64,000 bases of DNA from Octopus sinensis (GCF_006345805.1 NC_043003.1:93186001-93250000); one strand, 5' to 3'; positions 14,721 through 27,900 are shown, counted from the first letter of the stretch. Notes: a model not told the origin generated them from the sequence alone. Numbers and translations are program-made.

Positions 14721-15278
14721 AAAGTTCGCTTGCTAGTGATGGGCAATGACTGGTGTTCAGTACAGTTTCGTTAGACTAAGTACGTGCTCGTCTGCTGTTG
14801 TTGTTGGCGTGTTGTTTATAATGCTACGTTTTTCTGTTAAAATGCCATTATTTTCACGATCTTCCTTTTCTTTAGTGCTGTGGGTTCATTAATATTTTAC
14901 CACATATTTTACTTTTTATATTAAATAGCTGCTTGCTTTGCTTGCTGTAATTTCTTCTGGACGCGGTTCACGTATAACGAGAAACCATTTGTGACTTATC
15001 GTTATAAAATTAAAATAGAAATATAAAAAAAAGGACAACAAATAAACTGAGGTTCTTGTCTGGCCCAGATACAGGGCAGACACTCTCACATGTTTTATAG
15101 TAGTCCTTGTATGAAATAACAAAAAAAGAAAAAAAAATCCTTCTGTTACACCTGAAAACTTGTAGGATTTTTAGAACAAAATTTTTAATGTCTGTAGGAA
15201 GCCAGCAGAAAAATAATGATAGCAGTAATAATGATAGTAATAGTAGCAATAATAATAGTAGTAGTAGTAATAATAATA

Positions 15279-15322
<44 letters not shown>

Positions 15323-15334
15323 GTAATAATCTTT

Positions 15335-15575
15335 TCTACAATAGGCACAAGGCCTCCTTTCTACTAAAGGCATAACGGTTGAAATTTTAGGGGAGGCGAC
15401 TGGCCAATTACATCGACTCCAGTGTCTCACTGGTACTTAATTTATCGACCCCGAAAAGATGTAAGGCAAAAATCGACCTCGTCGGAATTTGAACTCAGAA
15501 CGTTGCGAGGGGCGACGTACCGCTAAACATTTCACCCGGCGTGCTAACGATTTTGCCTGCTAGCCACCTTAATAT
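15335..15575 (-). mobile_element. SINE family B
   Basis: Reverse complement of the 3889 family (ggaatttgaactcagaacg...ccggcgtgctaacg). Confidence 0.75.
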
Positions 15576-15648
15576 TATTAATAATAATAATAATAATAAC
15601 ATCGAAAAATACCTTAGGAATGAGAATCCAGGTTCGAAATTTCCCCCA

Positions 15649-15694
15649 AACACCTGATGAAGGCTGGAGGGTATATCAACCGAATCGTTGTGTT
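15649..15694 (+). ncRNA. Minimal type I hammerhead ribozyme motif (degenerate) in a Penelope-terminal-repeat-like fragment (~15601-15744)
   Basis: Stem I aacac(15649-53)/gtgtt(15690-94), core CUGAUGA 15654-60, stem II ggctg/caacc (one mismatch), then GAAUC instead of GAAAC and a GUU triplet. Confidence 0.6.
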
Positions 15695-15769
15695 AACAAG
15701 ATGAGGGCAAATATCAATCAAATGTAAATAATGTAAATAATGTATATATATATATATATATATATATAT

Positions 15770-15995
15770 TTCTTTACTACCCACAAGGGGCTAAACATAG
15801 AGGGGACAAACAAGGACAGACAAAGGGATTAAGTCGATTACATCGACCCAGTGCGAAACTGGTACTTTATTTATCGACCCCGACAGGATGAAAAGCAAAG
15901 TCGACCTCAGTAGAATTTGAACTCAGAACATAAAGACAGACGAAATACCGCTAAGCAATTCGCCCGGCGCGCTAACGTTTCTGCCAACTCGCCTA
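15770..15995 (-). mobile_element. SINE family B, full length
   Basis: Reverse complement of 3889-4120 from tttctttactacccacaagggg to ctgccaactcgcct. Confidence 0.85.
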
Positions 15996-16409
15996 TATAT
16001 ATATAGGTATGCATGTATATATATGTGTGTGTGTGTGTGTGTATATATGTGTGTATGTATGCATGAGTATATGTATGAATGGATGTACAAATAAAGTCGA
16101 TGATTCATTCGTAGTTACTCTAAATTTCACGAGGCACACTCATTCTATCATAAATTAGCTAGCCAGCTAGAGAGAAAGAGAGAGAGAGAGAGAGGGGGGA
16201 GAGGGAGCGAGAGAAGAGTTGGAGAGAGAGAGAGAGAGTGAGAAGTGTTGGAGAGAGAGAGAGAGGGGGAGATCATCCGCTTTATACAATTACAAGCATT
16301 TTGAACGTATATGCATGATGATGATGATGATGATAATAATAATAATAATAAAAATGATACACCGTGGTTGTTATTGCTATAATTATTATTATTATTATTG
16401 TTGTTGTTG

Positions 16410-16456
<47 letters not shown>

Positions 16457-17009
16457 TGATAACAATGTAAGTAATGAGAAGAAGCCTGTCATTAAAGCTA
16501 AAGGTATACTATTTAAACGAAAGCAATCCAGTCAATTTATAATACATAATGGGAAATATACGTGAGGTAAAAATAGGTCGTTTGAAAAAATTAAATGACA
16601 GTTGAGAAATCTGAGTCTTTATAGCTGGTTTTCTTTAATTTTATTGGAGCAGTCTGCCGGGTATTAGGTCATGGAGAGAACTTCTATGTGGCTTGAGAAG
16701 TCACCATAGTAACATGAAATATCGATAAAAAAAATATATATATATATTTGCTTTTAAAAAAGTAAGAGGAAGATGAAGTATTTGAAGTAAACACAAAATT
16801 TGTTGGTTTGTTTATGATACGAGTATGTGTAAGCTGTTTGGTACAATGTACATACATACATACATACATACATACATACATACATACATACATACATACA
16901 TACATACATACATACATACATACATACATACATACATACAGACATACATACACACACACATACATACTTATATGTATGTTTATACACACATATATATCCA
17001 CATGTCTAA

Positions 17010-17451
17010 TCTATTATATAAAATCCGTTCTGTCTGTGTAGAAACTAAATTTTTACAAACTCGACTGGGTGTCGGTCCTCAGAGAGCCCTTAAAACCAAA
17101 TTGGCGAAAGAAGAAAAAAAAAAGGCTCCATCCGATTGCGCTCAAATTTTATATGTAGATACCGACGGTATCAGAGCGTGTATAAGACTTGAAAAAATTA
17201 CAAAAATCGATTCCAGGTGAGAATGCAATCGATAAAGTAGTGGGAACGTGCATTTGTATGGGCAAGTACATCATCTGTTACGATCGATACTACGCGTACG
17301 CGAGAAAAATGCACGTGTTATTTGCGCAAAAAAGCCGGCTGGCTTGAAATAATGCCACAAAATGGGACGGTCGGACAAGTTGTTTTGAGAAAATTTGGTT
17401 TAAATTTTTGACAACTCAGCACTGTCCATTGGACGGGGGGCGTTTTGATCG
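17010..17451 (+). mobile_element. Non-autonomous Helitron-like element, copy 1
   Basis: Starts A|TCTATTATATAAAATCCGTTCTG. Ends with a small hairpin (gtcc-att-ggac) and a CTAG-like terminus. Reverse-complement homologue at 33999-34431. Confidence 0.7.
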
Positions 17452-17628
17452 TTATATATATTTGCACATATAAATACACATAAATATATAGACGCAAGCG
17501 TAGCTGTGTAGTAATACGTTTGTTTCCCAACCACATGGTTCCGCGTTCAGTCCCACTCTGGGCTGGCAAAGCCTTGTGAGTGGGTTTAGTTGACGGAATC
17601 TGAAGAGGCTGAGAGACCGATAGAATAT

Positions 17629-18042
17629 CTCTTACTCTTTACTCTTTTACTTGTTTCAGTCATTTGACTGCGGCCATGCTGGAGCACCGCCTTTTAGTCG
17701 AGCAAATCGACCCCAGGACTTATTCTTTGTAAGCCCAGTACTTATTCTATCGGTCTCTTTTGCCGAACTGCTAGTTGTCGGGGACATAAACACACCAGCA
17801 TCGGCTGTCAAGCAATGCTGGGGGGACAAACACAGACATACAAACACACAGACGCATATATATATATATACATATATACGACGGGCTTCTTTCAGTTTCC
17901 GTCTACCAGATCCACTCACAAGGCTTTGGTCGGCCCGAGGCTATAGTAGAAGACACTTGCCCAAGGTGCTACGCAGTGGGACTGAACCTGGAACCATGTG
18001 GTTGGTTAGCAAGCTACTTACCACACAGCCACTCCTGCGCCT
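17629..18042 (-). mobile_element. SINE family A, full length
   Basis: Reverse complement of 37761-38211, including the (tcttttac) tail. Confidence 0.85.
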
Positions 18043-18279
18043 ATCGGGTATATAGGAAAAAGTAAATACTGGGATCGAAGTCTAATGATTGAAACAGATG
18101 CATAGGTAGAACAACATAATGTTTTAAGTGTGGCACAAAAGATAGAGCAACCGCTAATATAATTACAAACGAGATTGGCCCAAAGCCATGTACATTCATA
18201 CACAAGGCCACTACGAGGTATGTTACAGTTCAACAACAGGGGCAAAATGTCATACTTGTGAGATCTTTTTGCATACAAG

Positions 18280-19250
18280 CAATACGCAAAACACTTATGT
18301 ATTTGTTGACATAAAGGATGCGGAGATACACATACCAAAGTATGCGTTTCGTACAGACAGACAAGAAAGAAGTCATGTGGAGTTGCTATTTACATCCGTT
18401 AAAATGTCACATTCTGCTGTCAGATTCGAACTCAGTCTCCGACACACTCATTTTACTTTTAAAGCAACTCGATGTGGTAATACAGACATCATATCACTAA
18501 CTTGACATCTCACTTTATGACGGTAAAATTTGAAGTAAGCCTTAGAATGATAAAATAGATCAACGCATTAATGTACGTCTGTTGGGCACCTTAACTCTTC
18601 CACCATCAAATGGGCCGAAGGTAGCATAATCTCAAGAAGATCAGGCCATTAGAATGATGATTATGTACATGACCAAGAGCAACATCTTAAAGCTCTACTT
18701 CATAAATAACATGGACCTCGTCTACTATGTGAAGGTGACGCCAACAATTTTCTCAGACCACAACATAATATAACTAACAATGCATGGTTTTAAGCATGTA
18801 TATCACATAAGAAGTATCGGAACCTTATCCACAGAGATCCCTTGAAACCAAATTGGCGAAAAAAAAAGCCGCTCCGTGCAAGGCAAGAACAGGAAACTCA
18901 AAGAATTTGTGTCAGTAATTTAAGCCATATGTATTAAATTTGTCCCATAGAAGAGAGGCAATACACACAAAACCGTTATTCCTCGAGACAGGTGGGTCTT
19001 TGTGAGACGAAGAATAAAGATTTCAAATCGCTTGAGTAAATAAGATAATAACAGCGAAAATTCCCACCTCTAAAAGCACTTTTGGAGATTGAAATTAAAG
19101 TCAGACTCTTTCAATAATAATAAACAGAAAAGGAACCAGGGCAGTCGAAAATATAAAAACAAACACTTAGGCCTAATACAGATTTGTAAAAGAAGCAACT
19201 GTTTGAAGAAAATTGCACAATGACAGCAAACTTCATAAGGATAATTAAAA
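18280..19250 (+). mobile_element. CR1/L2-like LINE endonuclease relic
   Basis: ORF 18188-18505 DIKDAEIHIPKYAFRTDRQERS resembles the APE 'I.IP.Y...R.DR' segment. Same type as 41620-42560. Confidence 0.55.
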
Positions 19251-20567
19251 TTCTAACTAAACGATTCCAAAGTGCCTCATTGGGAAATATGCAAATAAGT
19301 TAGCCTGATGAGTTCTTCGACACCACAGATTCTCACAGCCAACGATCGACATACATACATACATGCATGCATATATACGCACACACACACACATACATAC
19401 ATACATACATACATACATACATTACATACATACATACATACATACATACACATATACATGCACACATATACATGCACACATATATACATATGTATTTACA
19501 TTCATACATGCGTATATAGATATACACACATATATGTACGTGTGTATAAATGTATATATGAGTACATATGTACATGTATGATTATATATCTATACGTATC
19601 TATATATGTTGATGTATGTATATGCATACATTCATAATTATAAATATATATGTATGTGTAGTGTGATGCGTGTGTGTAGGGTATGTGTGTGTGTGTGTTG
19701 GTGCGTCCGTGTTTGCGTGTGTGGCCTAGTGGTTTCGCTGTTGGACCACAATCGTAATGTTGTAAGTTCGATACCTGGGCTGGGTGGCACATCATGTCAC
19801 ATTGCTTCACTCAAAATCAGTTGATAACATGTACCAGCCAAGTGCTGATGCGTCCCTTTCTTCTTCCAGCTGTCAGATCCTAGATGTTTTGGTGGATCAA
19901 AAGTGGAAGAGCTGAGAATGTGTCTGTGCCAGTTCGTGACTACGTTAGCACCGAAAACAATTAACGAAAGCACACTGCACGCTACCAGATAATAATAGCT
20001 TACGAGTAACGGCTACGGTTTATACATACATAGTAAGCACTTAAATATCTAGTGCTGAAAACCAGGGGAGCAATTAATTAATTTTATGTCAATTAAAATT
20101 ACGCAATAATGAAAACAATTTTCGAAAAGACTAATTCTTGATAAAAACAATGAAAGCAACACTAAAAGTTTGATCGTGGAAAATTAATTGAATATGGAAT
20201 GCAGTGGCTGTAAGGATCTGTGTTTTAACAGTACCATGATAACTTCTGCCATATTAGTTTCGAATTTTAGCTCAAGGCCAGCAGTGTGGGGGAATGAGTA
20301 AATTGATTAAATCGACCACATGGTTCCGCGTTCAATCCCACCCTGGGTTGGCAAAGCCTTGTGAGTGGGTTTGGTTGACGGAATCTGAAAGGGGCTGAGA
20401 GACCGATAGAATATCAGGTATATAGGAAAAAAATAAATCCTGGGATCTAAGTCTAATGACTGAACAACATAATGTTTTAAGTGTGGCACAAAAGATAGAA
20501 CAACAACTAATATAATTACAAACGAGATTGATCCAAAGATATGTAAGTGCATGTGTATATATATATA

Positions 20568-20716
<149 letters not shown>

Positions 20717-20717
20717 G

Positions 20718-20751
<34 letters not shown>

Positions 20752-20859
20752 TATATATGTATGTATACAATTATACTTAAGTTTAATTGTATCCTATAAA
20801 ATTATGTATCTTTACATATGTATTTTACCTAAAATATTTTTTTATATGCATTTTCCCTT

Positions 20860-22858
20860 TTACCAACCCACTGTTTGCGACGTTTAACATTTCGATAGAA
20901 AATCCATTTTTCGTCACAAGTCTATCAAAAAAGGGTGAAATGAGTTTGCGAGAATGGAGAGAAGAGCAGATGTCAACTCGGGATTTGCAGTTGCTTTCGG
21001 GCAATACATGAGGCACCTATTTTCCAAGTTTAGGAATCTTTCCACGTTGTTGAAGATGACGATGAACTGTTGTATGGTTTGAAGTAAGCTTTATTGCCAA
21101 TTCTTCAACTGATAATGACGGATTTTCTTCAAGTAATGCCTCAAGGAGCTTATCATCAAACTCAACTGCACGTCCTTTTCGATAGTCATCTTCAATTTTG
21201 CAAACGATCTCCTGCAAGTTCTTTCAGTCAAGCACTTTCCCATAAACTGAGTGTATGTTTCGAGTCACTTCGGCTGCAGAGTTATCTTTATTGTACTCAT
21301 AAAGAATTATATGTGCCTTAAATGCTCCTTGGATACTTCCATGTTGAAAGGGTTTTAATCAAAGCAATTTTAGGGTGTCCACGAAGTCTGGGTACATGGA
21401 ATAAAATCATAACATAAACAAATAAATATAAGAAATAATAATTTTCCTTTTTTACTTTTGTTTAAATTAAATAAAAAAAATACTTTACTTTTCTAAATTT
21501 ATTTGTTATTTTTTCTACAGATGATCGAATGATGGCTCTGTCTAAAGAAGAAAGAATCCCAGATAGAATGAAGGATCTGTCTAAAGAAGAAAGAATCGAG
21601 TTAGTATTATTAAGTGGACGAGAGGGATGGTCTTATCGCAAAATTGCGGAAGAATTTAATCTTCGACACCCTTAAAGGCAACCTATTTATTTTACTGCCG
21701 TCGGGAAATTGATCAAGAAATTTAAAGAAACAGGCAGTGTTTTGGATAAACCCCGTTCCGGGCGACCAAAGACTTCATGATGAAACGAAAGAGGCTGTCA
21801 TGGCTACATTTTCTGCTAGCCCAAAGAAATCACTTCGTCGGACATCCACGGTGTTAGGTGTTCCAAAACCAACCATCCACAAAATGCTGGTTGAGGAAAA
21901 GTTTCATCGATACAACCTACAGATATTGCATCACTTAAATGAAGACGACCTTGATAGACGAATGTAGACGTGCGAATGGTTTTCAGATAAATTGGATGAA
22001 AATATCAATTTTACGAAAAACTTTGTGTTGTTCAGTGACAAAGCAACGTTTTATATTAATGGTGAGGCCAACTGACAGAATCTTCTATACTGGTCTCGAG
22101 GTAATCCACATTGGATGGATACATCCAAACAGCAAGGCAGCAAAAAGGTGATAGTGTGGTGTAGTTTGTGGAAAGCTCATGTTCTAGGACCCTTCTTCAT
22201 TGAATATGTAACGGATGAGACTTATGTAAACATATTGAGAAACAAATTAATATCTCAAATTGAGCGCCTAGGCGAGGGCCTTCCGAATTAGTTTCAGCAG
22301 GATAGGGCCCCTACCCATTTTGCCACAACAGTTAGAGATTGGCTTAATGACATTTTTCCTCACTGGATTGGAAGAAGGAGTCATATGGAATGGTCCCCTC
22401 GTTCACCAGACCTTTCTCCCCTTGATTTCTTTTTCTGGGGTATGTTGAAAGAGAAAGTTTACTCAATGAAAATTACAGATTTAAAACACATGAGAGAACG
22501 CATTACCAGTCAATGTGCTGAAATCGATGGCAATGTAGACTTATTTAATCAAGTTCACCTGAATTTTGCAAGGCGCATCAAGTTATGCATTGAAAATGAT
22601 GGAAATCACTTTGAAAATATTATTTATTAACATTATAATTAAATAAAATTGTTTTGTTTTAAAAGTATGTGTTAATCCCCATGTACGCAGACTTTGTGGA
22701 CACCCTCTATTATTTTGTAAAACAATATTGAATTAGTTTAAACGTACACAAATGCATAAAAATAATTTTTAATTGAATTAGACGATTGAAAATACTATTA
22801 AATTTCATTCAAATCTAAAAGAGGTAAAATTGGACAGAACAGATTGGATGACTTGATA
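20860..22858 (-). mobile_element. Mariner relic (5' half) interrupted by a younger Tc1/mariner element
   Basis: ATG at 21342 gives MEVSKEHLRHI... ORF 21017-21217 carries the HTH segment (LLEENPSLSVEELAIKL...HTTVHRHL..GKIPKLGK), followed by VPHVLPE...PFFDRLVT and DEKWIFY. TIR-like end near 22858. Confidence 0.72.
21371..22709 (+). mobile_element. Near full-length Tc1/mariner element, DD41D (rosa/Visitor)-like with DD40D spacing; pseudogenised
   Basis: TIRs agggtgtccacgaagtctgggtacatgg / ccatgtacgcagactttgtggacaccctc|ta. Transposase motifs KFKETGSVLDKPRSGRPK, VLFSDKATF and FQQDRAPTH...WSPRSPDLSPLDFFFWG. Several stops and frameshifts. Confidence 0.9.
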
Positions 22859-23764
22859 TATATAATATATGATATTCTAGTAGGTTTCAAGTTTATAACA
22901 CCTTGATATCTCATGTTATCTCATTTTATATTCCCAAAACGTTTATTTTCTATTCTGGTTTTTATATATTTCTATACATTATATTTGTATCTATAATTTA
23001 TTTTAAGCCGAAACATAATACGATCCTTGTACGAACGAAAGAACAAGAATGTCCTCTGGAACTTTTATCTTCTACCGGTGTTAATAATCGATGGTGACAT
23101 GTGCGATGATTTTGCGATTATCTTGTATTTTACAGAGAAATTGGAAGCCCGAATGTAAGCCACCACTTTATGCATAATTCAATATTTATAGTTCTCTAGT
23201 TCTAACTGAAATTCTGTCCTCAATAATTATAGATCACTATTTCTAAATGTAATTCTTTTTCTTCTCGTTCAGCTTATAACTATAAGACTCATTCTTGCCT
23301 GTCTCTTGAAAAGCATTTTTTCTTCAGCGTTCACCACTTCACCTCGTTAGGGTTAAACAGCTCTTACCGAATGTTTTCACTGTCCTGTTTTAGTTAGCTG
23401 CTTTGACGTTCCACGTATCTCAAATTTTATTTAATTTGCTTTGGGGGAGCAATTGCTTTGACGAAGACGCATCTTGTTGCAATGCGGTGTAGGTAAATCT
23501 GTCAACAATTGAGGAAGGGTTGTTTTTTTATGCTGCCTTCACGCTACAGTTCTCTATTTATAAGGGAAATTCTTTCTTTCCTCTCCTTCATAAAAAAACC
23601 CAACCAAACCCAACCAAACCCAACCCCACCCCTACGTCATCCAGAGCGAGCTCTGGTCGCCGTAGCGTCGACTGTGGGAGTCGGTAGCCGTGTACAGTCG
23701 CCTCTACGTCGTCCAGAGCGAGCCCTGGTCGCCGTAGCGTCGACTGTGGGTCGGTAGCTGTGTA

Positions 23765-24235
23765 CAGCCAATTGTGATTTTGGTAGTTTGTGTGAAGTTG
23801 GGAAAGACTTTGTTTTTGAGGTCATCTACAGAATTAACAACAGAGGCATCTTGCCTTCACCAAGTGTCAAAATGTCCTGTGCAAACTTTGTGGACATTTT
23901 GTCGCCGTGTAGCTGAGCTCTCATCTGAGGATTGTAACACGATGCCACAGGGTAGAGGACTTTAGGCATGCTTGGACTTCATCTGCTCTAGTGCCTTTCG
24001 GAGGGACAGGAAGAGTTTGCCTGAAATCACCTGACAACAGAAGCGTTACACCTCCCATTGGAACCTGACAGTCTCGGGTGTCTTTCAGGGCTCTATCTAA
24101 TGCTTCCAAAGCTCCCTTGTGAGCCATAGTGCACTCATCCCAGACAATTAGATGACACATTTTAAGTACTTTATGCCGGTTAGAGGTGAAGTGGATGACA
24201 ATATACTTCACTTGATAAGGTATATGTGGTAAATA
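23765..24235 (-). mobile_element. Helitron PIF1-like helicase fragment
   Basis: ORF 23921-24583 contains LIVWDECTMAHKGALEALDRALKD...MGGVTLLLSGDFRQTLPV. It continues after a frameshift as RAQLHGDKMSTKFAQDILTLGEGK. Confidence 0.85.
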
Positions 24236-25239
24236 TCTGTTACCATCATCCATTCTCCCGTTGTGAGAAGTAAGTTTTATTTCCCTGTGTTGGGAATGAA
24301 ATAAGAATGAGATATAAGGGACAATGATTTTGAAATTCCGGATCGTATGTAAGGCAGATTTGAAAGTGTTCCCAACAGTTATTAGTTGTAGTGGTAGAGT
24401 GTTTATGCCGAATGTGTACGTATGCATGTATATATATGTATGTATGCTTGTATATATGTACAAAATCCACTGAGAAGGCTTTTGTTGGTCTGAAGCTGAA
24501 GCTACAGCAGAAGACACATGCCAAGTCACCACACAGTGGGACTGAACCCAGGACCATGTGTTTGGAACGTAGTTTGTTACCACTCAGCTACACCTGCCCC
24601 TATGTATGTGTGTGTGTGCGTATGTGTGTATGGGTAGATATATTATGCATGTATATATGTGTATATATATGTATACATATTACATGTACATCTATATATA
24701 TACATCTACACATAAAATACAAAATACAAAGTTATATCTTGATATCGCTAGTGATAACAATACTCAAAATATATAACAGACTGGAATCGTAGGCCCGTCT
24801 CTTGCAATTTCGATCAGTTGGATCTTGTCCTCCCTCTTGTATAGAAGTGTATGGTTGCAGCGAAATTCATTTTTGGACTTTCTTCTATCGAAGGCATTTT
24901 AAGAAAAATGCTTCCGTAAAGACGGTGAAAATATTGTCAATTTCCCCAATCAGGGACACAATTCAATTTTTAAGCAATAACCAAAGCCCCTTCTCCGAAA
25001 GGGGGAGGGTTACGGTTTACAATTATTTAACAAATGCAACACAACAACGTTTCCCTGACGAGGAACCAACAAACGTGATTACAATAGTCAAACAGTAATA
25101 ATAATAACAAACCTTTTTAATTTATGACCCATTTATGTGAAACCACTTATTCAAGTTCAAGTCATTGATGCAATTTTATACGAATTGCTAATACACACAC
25201 ATAATAAGGGTGAAAAATTGAATATTAATTTGATTAATA

Positions 25240-25623
25240 TGAATTGAAAACCAGTGGTGTAGCATACAAGACCATAGCGGATCTTTTTCTAGCAAAATGG
25301 ATGACCACTGTTAATGGTTCATCCCTGTTATATAATACTTTCACTTTAATAGTTTCAGTATTAAAGTGAGTGTCTGCATTACAATAGAGAGATGTTTTTG
25401 CTTCACTTTTAACACGTAATACTGAAATAGTGGAGGAGATATGATATTGCTGTGGGGTCGCCATAGGGAAAAAGTTAAAATGTTTTTGCCGATGACACTC
25501 CCCGGACCTTAAGTAAGGCATGTGTAAAATTTGAATGAAATTGGTTGTGTAGTTCTCAAGTTTTAGGGAAACACACGGACAGACAGCCAGACAGACAGAC
25601 AGACAGACACACATTCTCAGTTT

Positions 25624-25625
<2 letters not shown>
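25240..25625. mobile_element. Possible non-autonomous Helitron/Helentron (DINE-1-like) fragment
   Basis: aaattttgaatgaaattggttgtgtagttctc...(gaca)n...ttttatatat architecture typical of rolling-circle non-autonomous elements. Ends not resolved. Confidence 0.45.
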
Positions 25626-25718
<93 letters not shown>

Positions 25719-26944
25719 TGGGATGCCCAGAGATGTAGTTAGTGTGTATATGTGTGTGGGTATTGTGAGTGTATTTGCGAAATAAAATTTAGCATGTGCA
25801 ACCAAACATGTGAGACAAAGTGGACAGTCAGTGCATCCAATGCCGCTCAGAGGCACATTGACAGACGGACGGAATGGAACTTCCAGCGTCTCCTAGATTC
25901 AAACGAGCCAGTATTAGTGTCGAAGTCAAAGGTTTACTAAAAACGGGGACAGCAATTCTATATCACCCAAGGAAATAAAATTGGATCCCATTATACAGGT
26001 AAACCGTTGCTTAATTTAAATCCTGTGTACACGTGGATCTATGTTATATCAAAACATGTGTAGTGTTTATTAAATAACTGTCTAATCGTACTCCTACTTG
26101 ACTCTATTTCATCCACTTATATATATACATATGTATATATGTGTATGTGTATGTATATATGTATGTATGTGTATATATATATATTTATGTGTGTGTGTAT
26201 ATATACATATAAATATATATATACATACAAAATATATACATACATACAATATATATATATACATACACAGATACACACATACCTACGGTGACCTATATAT
26301 TAAGAAATATGTATCTGAACATTGTCCGTCTTGTTAAACTACCTAGCCATTCTGACGTACATTTTCTCTTAAAATGTAGACGAGGGGAATAAGGACAAAT
26401 AGATCAATGTATTTTCACCTATTTTCCCAGAAATTAACTCACTGACATCTATATACATACACGCACACACATACATACACACACACACACACACACATAC
26501 ACATACACGTATGTATATTGATGTTAAATTTTGGCACAAGGCCGGAAAATTTGGTGAAGGAAATACGTCGATTACATCGATCCCAGTGTTCAGCTGGTAC
26601 TTATTTCATCGACCCTGATGGTATCTCTTGAAATAACAATTAGATTCTTCGTCAGGAATTACATACTGGTATGAATAATTACAACCAACAAAAATATATA
26701 AAGACCTTTCATAGCCAAGATGAGAACGAACAGATAATAAAAGAATTTTTGCTGTTCCTAATTATTCATACCAGTATGTAATTCCTGCCGAAGAATCTAG
26801 TTTTTATTTCAAGAAGAGTTTTACGTTTTTGTCTTTGGAATTAATTTAGACTCCGAAGCAATTTGTAGAATGTATATTGGTTCTGTACCAATATGGATTA
26901 TGAATTAAAGATCGTCTACACTTACAATTTTTTCCTTTCCTTAT

Positions 26945-27243
26945 ACTTCAGTGGTTAGGGCAGCGGACTCACGGTCGTAGGATCGTGGTTTCGATTCCCA
27001 GACCGGGCGTTGTGAGCATTTATTGAGCGAAAACACCCGAAGCTCCACGAGGCTCCGGCAGGGGGTGGTGGCGATCCCTGCTGTACTCTTTCGCCACAAC
27101 TTTCTCTCACTCTTTCTTCTGTTGGCCTGCTCGCTTAGCCAGCGGGGTGGCGTTGTCTGAAGGCTAAAACAATGCGAAGCGCATTGTGACCAGCGATGTG
27201 TAGCAACATCTGATAGCCTGGTCGGTCACGGTGATCACGGTGA
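26945..27243 (+). mobile_element. tRNA-derived SINE, family D
   Basis: cagtggttagggcagcggactcacggtcgtaggatcgtggtttcgattcccagacc head (A/B-box-like). Ends in a (cacggtgat)2 tail followed by (TA)n. Confidence 0.7.
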
Positions 27244-27281
27244 TATATATATATATATGTACACGTATAGGTTTCCGAATA

Positions 27282-27486
27282 CAGTAATCCCTCGCCATAT
27301 CGCGGTTTATTATTTAAGCTTACGTCGATTCCTCCATGGTGTTGTTTTGCATTTATAATAAAATAAATATATACAAATTATAAAAATGAAAAAAATATAT
27401 ACAGTACTGTCTCTACTTCGCGGATTTTCACCTATCGCGGGGTGTATTGGAACGTAACACGTAACGCGATAGTCGAGGGATAAGTG
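27282..27486. mobile_element. Tigger/pogo-like MITE
   Basis: TA|cagtaatccctcgccatatcgcgg ... cgcgatagtcgagggataagtg|TA: imperfect TIRs with a TA TSD. Confidence 0.7.
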
Positions 27487-27499
27487 TAATGAAAAAAAT

Positions 27500-27900
27500 T
27501 TTTCAACCAGATTGATAGCATTGTCTCTAGAAGTATATATTTTTTGTTGTGAAAAGATAGTTCTTCGGAAGAAAAGGCTCTCTCTCTCTCTCTCTGTATT
27601 CAACGGATGTTGGTAGAATAGTACTAAAAGTTGACGCTTTCACATTTAAAATATTTTCATCTTTTTGATTATGACTTGCTTTAGATAATAAGATAATTGA
27701 AAGCGTTTTTGTTTTCCATAGCTTCGTCAATTGTGGATCTCAACTGGGGTCCATATGACTCTTGGTGGTGGTGCTGGTGGTGGGGGGCATATAAGATTTT
27801 GTTGTTAACGTTTATGCGCGATAAGTTGGTTATATTTCTACAATACACAAAACGCTTAGAAATTTTTCTAACCAATTCTTAATAATAATTAATCATAAAA
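27500..27900 (-). mobile_element. Possible pogo/Tigger DDE_1 transposase relic
   Basis: ORFs 27681-27875 (..IDEAMENKNAFNYLII) and 27527-27730 (IILLSKASHN...LNVKASTFSTILPTS) loosely resemble the pogo 'LD..M....R.ILL.LDNA..H....N.K..FLP.NTTS' region. Confidence 0.4.
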
